Source: Leptonemataceae bacterium
Lineage (GTDB): Bacteria > Spirochaetota > Leptospiria > Leptospirales > Leptonemataceae
Reading direction: 5' to 3'
DNA length: 64,000 nt
Assembly: GCA_965227295.1 (NCBI GenBank)
Contig: OZ245742.1
Span: 5,152,001-5,216,000, forward strand
This document shows positions 58,453-64,000 of the stretch, piece after piece. How positions within the stretch are numbered: the stretch's first letter is position 1; each line of letters begins with the position of its first letter. The notes below the pieces were generated by a model. It made no database searches and was not told the origin of the DNA. It saw nothing but the letters and a program-made list of their open reading frames with translations. The position numbers and the translations under genes were made by a program.

Positions 58453-59381
58453 TCGTCGTCCCTTGCGCCCAGGCGAATGACGGCCCGAACCTTGTTGCCC
58501 GGCGGAAAGTAAGACAGCGAATCGAAGCTGAGCGAATTCGCCATGGCAATGCCGCGTCCGTGATTCGAAAACGCCCGCTTCGGAGACAGATCCAGGAACT
58601 TCATGTAATCAAATCCCGTCCCCTCATCCGTGATCAAGAACTCCACGTATTCCGGGGTCCGTCGGTACTCCAGGCGTACGGCAAGATCACGATACTCCTC
58701 CAGCTGACAGCGGCGGGTAATTTCTTCGTGCAGGCGACCCTCGGCGATGAGTTCGGTCTTCTCCTCGTAGGAGATACCGAGGTTCCCGTGCTCCACGGAG
58801 TTGACCAGAAGTTCATGCAAACCCAGACGCGCGCCCACGGGGTCCGGACAGGCCTGGGTCAACCAGCGCGACAGTCGATCCGCCTCTTCGAACGTGCGAA
58901 ACTCAAAGCGGCCCTCACGGAGCAGCGACGATGTGTGATGGCCCTGCTCGATTTCACTCTGTAGCGATTCGATCTTCGCGAAGTGGTTGATGGCCGAACG
59001 CGTGAGCGTGGAGAGCACGTTGCCGTTGAACGGTTTGGTTAAGTAATAGTACGCGCCGGCGTCGATGCCGGCCTTGATGTCCTCGGGGTCCGAACGCCCC
59101 GTGAGCATGATCACCGGAATGTACTTCAGACGTTCGACGCGTTTGATCTTACGCAGGAGATCGATGCCGCTGATTTCGGGCATGTTCCAGTCGAGGATGA
59201 CGGCCGAGATGTTGAGATCGGTGGTCTTCAAGAAGTCGAAGGCCCGCAGGGGGTCGCGCTCCGGATGCACCCGGCAATGAAAGCGGGCCAGCGTACGATC
59301 CACGAGTGCGAGTATGGACTCGTCATCGTCCACTACCAGGACGTTCTTAATGAACGTTCCGTTTCCGCCGCTGGAATCCAT
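58449..59381 (-). CDS. Response regulator receiver fused to an RsbW-like HATPase domain
   Basis: VLVVDDD, LDWNMPEISG, LTKP, then ELLVNSVEHGNL, DEGTGFD and HGRGI. Confidence 0.9.
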   Translation of the reverse strand: MDSSGGNGTFIKNVLVVDDDESILALVDRTLARFHCRVHPERDPLRAFDFLKTTDLNISAVILDWNMPEISGIDLLRKIKRVERLKYIPVIMLTGRSDPEDIKAGIDAGAYYYLTKPFNGNVLSTLTRSAINHFAKIESLQSEIEQGHHTSSLLREGRFEFRTFEEADRLSRWLTQACPDPVGARLGLHELLVNSVEHGNLGISYEEKTELIAEGRLHEEITRRCQLEEYRDLAVRLEYRRTPEYVEFLITDEGTGFDYMKFLDLSPKRAFSNHGRGIAMANSLSFDSLSYFPPGNKVRAVIRLGARDDD

Positions 59382-59475
59382 GCCCGCGTTATGGCTCGCA
59401 GCCTGGCCGGACGGCGCAATAATTTTACGTCCGGAATTTTTACGGGAAACGGATGTGTGGTAACTCGAAGTGCGC

Positions 59476-60816
59476 TCAGCCTAAGATCTTCCGAACCGCG
59501 GCCTGGATCTCCGGCGCGGCCACGACCTGATAATGCGACAATCCCGGGAACACCTGCACGCGCGTCTCGGGTTTGCTCTTTTTACGGAACACTCGCTCCG
59601 ACAACGATTCCAGGCTGTCCGTTTCCACGACGCCGTCGCCCAACCAGTCACGCCAGAAGTCCTGCTTCGCGTCTCCGCTGTCCGCTTTGATGACGCCGTA
59701 CATCTGGTACGCGTCCACGTCGTCCAGTTCGCCGAAGTAGTAACTCTCCGCACGTTTGCCCGCTCCGCGCAGATCCAGATGACGTTCCACGGGATCGCGT
59801 TCCTTCCAGTCTTCCTCTCGAATGATGCCGTGGGATAGATCCTTCATGGCGTCGCTGCGCTGATTGCCGATGAAACCTAACGCCTTTAGACTCGTGATCG
59901 GCGCGAACTCCAGGCCCAGACCGAGCCAGAAGCCGATCTTCTCAATGTAGGAACCGCCGTCCGGCGACGCGATGAATACCGCCCGGCCGATGCGCTCCGG
60001 AAAACGGTGATGGTCCCGCTCCGCGTCGGCGTAGTAGAGCGCACTGCGAAGGATTAATCCTCCCTGACTGTACGTTAAGAAATTCAGGCGGATCTTTTCT
60101 TTCAAAATGCCGGTACCGACCCCGGCCGCAGCCAGGGCCACGAGCAGTTCGTCGAGCAACTCCCCCAGACGACGACCGTTGTCCGAAATGTGCGCACCGG
60201 GATTGAAGCGTAACTTTACGAAATAATAACCTTCCGCCGCGAGCATCTGTTCCATGCCCGAGTCAATCCACACGGATTCGTCGCAGAACAAACCCGGCAC
60301 GCCGACGACGAGCCGCTTGCGTTTGCTCGCCACAAAGTCCGCGGCCACGGCCTCGGCCCCTGCATTGCCGTAGCCGCCGCCGTCCCGGGGCAAACGAAAC
60401 GACGACACGATCTTCGACGTCGGCACCCAGCCGGCGAAAGAATCGCCGACGACGCTGGACACCTGGATGTTTTCGAAGAGCGCCTCCGCCGTACTGCGAT
60501 CGGCCAGGTCCAGGGCTTCCACCGCCGTGCGAAAGGCGTCACCGGTGGCGACCACGGCATCGCCGAAGGCCTGGCTCGTCGCATCCCGTGCCGATTCCAG
60601 GTTGCGGCCGGCGTCCCGTAACCCGTGGACGAGTTCGAAGCGGGTCTCGTCCGGCAGCAGCGGCACGGAATCCGCGGCGTCGGCCAGGCCGTTTAGTTGC
60701 TCCGCGGTCCAGGTCATGGAATGCGAGAGTAGCTGGCGCACGCCGTTCAACGTTCCTCCGGTGACACGGTCGGCAAAGTCTACGGCGGCGCGGCTGATGT
60801 CGAAGGGCAGTTTCAT
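59476..60816 (-). CDS. PGAP1-like alpha/beta-fold hydrolase
   Basis: PGLFCDE, HISDNG, TYSQGGLILRSA, GDGVV and SH motifs; start inferred at MKLPF. Confidence 0.75.
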   Translation of the reverse strand: MKLPFDISRAAVDFADRVTGGTLNGVRQLLSHSMTWTAEQLNGLADAADSVPLLPDETRFELVHGLRDAGRNLESARDATSQAFGDAVVATGDAFRTAVEALDLADRSTAEALFENIQVSSVVGDSFAGWVPTSKIVSSFRLPRDGGGYGNAGAEAVAADFVASKRKRLVVGVPGLFCDESVWIDSGMEQMLAAEGYYFVKLRFNPGAHISDNGRRLGELLDELLVALAAAGVGTGILKEKIRLNFLTYSQGGLILRSALYYADAERDHHRFPERIGRAVFIASPDGGSYIEKIGFWLGLGLEFAPITSLKALGFIGNQRSDAMKDLSHGIIREEDWKERDPVERHLDLRGAGKRAESYYFGELDDVDAYQMYGVIKADSGDAKQDFWRDWLGDGVVETDSLESLSERVFRKKSKPETRVQVFPGLSHYQVVAAPEIQAAVRKILG

Positions 60817-60877
60817 CGGCGAAGAATAAAATAAACGAAAGCGGCGTCCAGCAAACAAAATACGGAATTCGCCATCA

Positions 60878-62377
60878 TCAGTTTCGATCACATACGTCGC
60901 AATTGCCGCAACGGGGTTCGTCGTCGAAGCCGAAGTACCTTGCAATCGTCACCCGCAGGCACTCATCGCTGCGTACGTATTTCACCAGCTCCGCTAACTG
61001 ACGTTGACTGTACTCTAGCTTCGCGCTGAAATCGTCCTCGTCCGTAAGTTCCGGGGGCGGTTCCGTGACGCCCTCCGCCAGACGAAACGGGTCGTCCGGG
61101 GGACGGTCCTCGTCGAAGACGCCGTACCGATCAAACAAACGCAGGGCCGTTTCCAGACGAAAGTCGCCGCGATGTTTGTAGAGCAGTTGTTCGCGCAGGA
61201 ACTCAAGGCCCAGGCCGCGGACTTTTTCCGGATCGCGGACGAGCAGTTCGAAGAGGCGCTCCACGAAGCGCGGCTCCGGATTCGACCACTTCAAAAATTC
61301 CAGCTGAATCGCCAGGTCTTCCTGGTCGTACAACAACAGACACAGCGCGTCCGCGCCGTCCCGTCCGGCCCGGCCGATCTCCTGATAATAAGCCTCCAGC
61401 GATCCCGGCACCTCGGCGTGCAATACGAAGCGAATGTCCGGTTTATCGACGCCGAGGCCGAAGGCGTTCGTCGCGAGCATAAGGCGCGCCCCGGGTTCGT
61501 TTCGTAAGAATGCGTTCAGTGTACGTTTGCGTTCTTTCGTGCCGAGTTTGCCGTGGTACACGCGGTGCTCTACGCCCTCGCGCTCCAGGCGCTCCGAGAA
61601 TCGTTCCAGGCTTTTGATCAACGCGAAATACACGATGCCCGCACCGGAACGTCCGCGCGCCACCTCCAGCAACGCCTCGATCTTCTCTTCCTCGCCGAAG
61701 CACTCGCGAATTCCCAGGCGCAGGTTCGGCCGGCGAATGCCCTGATGAAAGATGCTTACTTCGCTTCGAGTCAGCCCCAGCTTTTCGATGATGTCTTCCT
61801 GCACGTCCGGCGTGGCGGTGGCCGTCAGTGCCACGGTCAACGGCCGGCCGGCGTGTTCGCGGAACTCTCCCAGGCGCGCGTAGTCCGGCCGGAAATCCCC
61901 GCCCCACTGCGAAATACAGTGGGCCTCGTCCACGGCGAACAATGCCGTCCGGGATCGCCGTAAACTTTCGATAAACGAACGTTTGCGAAATCGTTCCGGG
62001 GTAACGTAGAGTATGTGGATCTTACCGGCGACGTAGTCGGCGATGCGCCGGTCCCGCTCCGCCGCGCTGATTGTGGAATTTACGAAATCGGCGGCGATGC
62101 CCTTCGCCTTCAGCGCCTGGACCTGATCCTGCATCAGTGCGATCAGCGGCGAAATCACGAGGGTGCCGCCCCGGCCGGCGGCGGCAAAATACAGTGCCGG
62201 CAACTGGTAGCACAACGACTTGCCGCCGCCGGTGGGCATGAGTACGAGCGAATGCGCTGCGCCGCCCTCATCGCGATTCGCCGTAAGATGGCGAATGATC
62301 TCCGCCTGGTCGCCGCGAAAGTTGTCGTAGCCGAAATGTTCGCGGAGCAAACGCCGCAGCGGATCGTCGGTACTCAT
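60878..62377 (-). CDS. recQ: RecQ-family DNA helicase (no HRDC domain)
   Basis: MPTGGGKSLCYQLP, DEAHCISQWG, TATAT, YYQEIGRAGRDG and the Zn motif CGNCDVC. Confidence 0.93.
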   Translation of the reverse strand: MSTDDPLRRLLREHFGYDNFRGDQAEIIRHLTANRDEGGAAHSLVLMPTGGGKSLCYQLPALYFAAAGRGGTLVISPLIALMQDQVQALKAKGIAADFVNSTISAAERDRRIADYVAGKIHILYVTPERFRKRSFIESLRRSRTALFAVDEAHCISQWGGDFRPDYARLGEFREHAGRPLTVALTATATPDVQEDIIEKLGLTRSEVSIFHQGIRRPNLRLGIRECFGEEEKIEALLEVARGRSGAGIVYFALIKSLERFSERLEREGVEHRVYHGKLGTKERKRTLNAFLRNEPGARLMLATNAFGLGVDKPDIRFVLHAEVPGSLEAYYQEIGRAGRDGADALCLLLYDQEDLAIQLEFLKWSNPEPRFVERLFELLVRDPEKVRGLGLEFLREQLLYKHRGDFRLETALRLFDRYGVFDEDRPPDDPFRLAEGVTEPPPELTDEDDFSAKLEYSQRQLAELVKYVRSDECLRVTIARYFGFDDEPRCGNCDVCDRN

Positions 62378-62462
62378 GTTACGCCATCGGCAGGCAACGC
62401 CCCCAAACATCCAGAGAAAAGTCGTTGCGAAAGTACGCTGCTTTTCGCTCTTTAATAAACAT

Positions 62463-63411
62463 ATGCGAGCGTCGCTGCCTCACGACGAAGACGAACGCCT
62501 GGCCGAGCTGCGTTCCTTCGACATTCTGGACAGTCTCGAAGAGCGCGAGTACGACGACATCACCAGGCTCGCCGCGATCATTTGCGAGACACCCACGGCG
62601 CTCATCTCGCTCGTCGACGAGGATCGACAGTGGTTCAAAAGCCGGATCGGCCTGGACGTTCGCGAAACCCCGCGCGAGTACGCCTTCTGCGCGCATGCCA
62701 TTCACGAAACGCAGCCCCTGATCATTCGAGACGCCCGGGACGACGAGCGCTTTCACGACAATCCCCTCGTCACCGGCGACCCGCGGATTCGATTTTATAC
62801 CGGCGCGCCGCTGCGAACGCCGGGCGGCCAGGCCCTGGGAACACTCTGCGTCATCGACTACGAGCCGCGGGAGTTGAGCGCGCAGCAAATCGAGGCCCTG
62901 GAAATTCTGGGGCGCCAGGTCACTCAGTTACTGGAACTGCGGCGCAAGTCTGCTCGCCTGAAAGAGGCCAATGCCGAAAAGAATCGCTACCTCGGCACCG
63001 CCGCCAACGATTTGCGCAATCCCCTGCGTACCATCCGCGATCTCAGCACGCACATCCTGGGCGACGACCTCGGCGCCGAACAAAACCAGGTTCTTCAGCG
63101 CATCCAGCATCATTCACAACGCCGTAAAGTTCAGCCGTCCGGGGGGGCGGGTCACCGTCGCCGTACAGAACGGCGGCGACACCGTGGCAATTCAGATAAC
63201 GGACGAAGGGCCGGGAGTGCCGCCGAATCGTCGGGAACGCATCTTTGAGCCGTACTACAAAAAGAACGACGACGCGGCGAAGGCCGACGGCGGCCTGGGC
63301 CTCGCCATCTCCCGGCGCATTGTACGCGAGCACGGCGGCGACATTGAAGTCGGCGGCGAACCGGGGCGCGGCGCCACCTTTACGCTGCTGCTGCCGCAAC
63401 ATTCTAATTGA
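62463..63411 (+). pseudogene. GAF-domain sensor histidine kinase, frameshifted with internal deletion
   Basis: GAF and HisKA are in one frame; the HATPase (HNAVKFS, DEGPGV, GLGLAIS) is in another, joined near 63105-63112. The H-box reads AANDLRNPL. Confidence 0.8.
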
Positions 63412-63498
63412 CGGTCGTCAGATGTTAAAAATACGCTGCCGATCGGTCCCCGTTATTCACGGCGGTCCTCTTTTTTAAGTATACCCAAGGAGCACCTT

Positions 63499-64000
63499 AT
63501 GCCCGCCCCAACCCTGGAACGCCCCACGGAAATCGCCACGGACGGCTTTGAGCGCAGCCCGTACAATCCGGAACGTGTCAAGGTCCGCAAAACCAGCTTT
63601 GACTTTCCGGATTCCATTCCGCAGTTGTTCGCTTCCGGAAGCCACGTCCGCACCCATCTGTTAAACTCGCTGAATCTGTTTCTACCGGTCTACGAGGCGT
63701 CCATCGCCCGTTTCATGCGCGAGCGAGCTCAGCAGGTACAGGATCCGTATCTGAAAGAACAGATCCTCGGCTTCGTCGGCCAGGAAGCGATCCACGGACG
63801 CACCCATGCAAAGTTCCACGACAACCTGCGCAAGCAGGGATACGAGATCGACAGCTATCTGAAGCTCTGCGATTGGATCCTGGTGGATCTCTTCGAAAAA
63901 ACATTTGGGCAGAAACTCAGCATCACGGCCCTGGCCGGCTTCGAACACTATACCGACATTCTGGTCGTCCTCCTGCTCGACACGGACTTTCTGGACCATT
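63499..64000 (+). CDS. Predicted metal-dependent hydrolase (ferritin-like), runs off the window
   Basis: AAGGAG RBS; translation MPAPTLERP..LNSLNLFLP..FVGQEAIHGRTH..FEHYT. Absent from the ORF track because no stop codon lies in the window. Confidence 0.85.
   Translation, partial: MPAPTLERPTEIATDGFERSPYNPERVKVRKTSFDFPDSIPQLFASGSHVRTHLLNSLNLFLPVYEASIARFMRERAQQVQDPYLKEQILGFVGQEAIHGRTHAKFHDNLRKQGYEIDSYLKLCDWILVDLFEKTFGQKLSITALAGFEHYTDILVVLLLDTDFLDH

Overview
Gene-dense, GC-rich bacterial chromosomal window, most likely a Leptospiraceae (spirochaete)-type genome. This is inferred from a DUF1564-like gene, spirochaete-style lipoproteins and several SpoIIE/partner-switching proteins. All family calls come from motif recognition by eye; no database search was run. 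Housekeeping genes include oxyR-ahpC-ahpF, ctaA-ctaB, korAB-speD, sfsA, ssb, a UvrD-like helicase, recQ, rsmA, comEC and a B12-type radical SAM fusion. The most notable items are five. (1) A six-gene cassette (38.8-43.7 kb) in which two paralogous proteins resembling 'half-methyltransferase + LuxI/FeeM-like acyltransferase' are interleaved with a membrane PP2C phosphatase, two RsbW/SiaB-like kinases and a STAS protein; this is a candidate signal-synthesis plus partner-switch system. (2) An unexplained non-coding ~330-bp unit repeated in tandem at two loci (7.4-7.9 kb and, inverted, 27.5-28.5 kb) with hairpin-shaped indels. (3) A putative copper-uptake operon (MbnP, MbnH, lipoprotein, beta-barrel) headed by a His/CxxC-rich leader ORF ending in RGPP. 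(4) A sigma54-driven Rieske oxygenase whose [2Fe-2S] domain is a separate upstream gene. (5) Smaller oddities: a probable CTG start codon, a decayed histidine kinase, a 112-bp MITE-like element and a 2B-less helicase. No rRNA, tRNA, CRISPR array or transposase was recognised.
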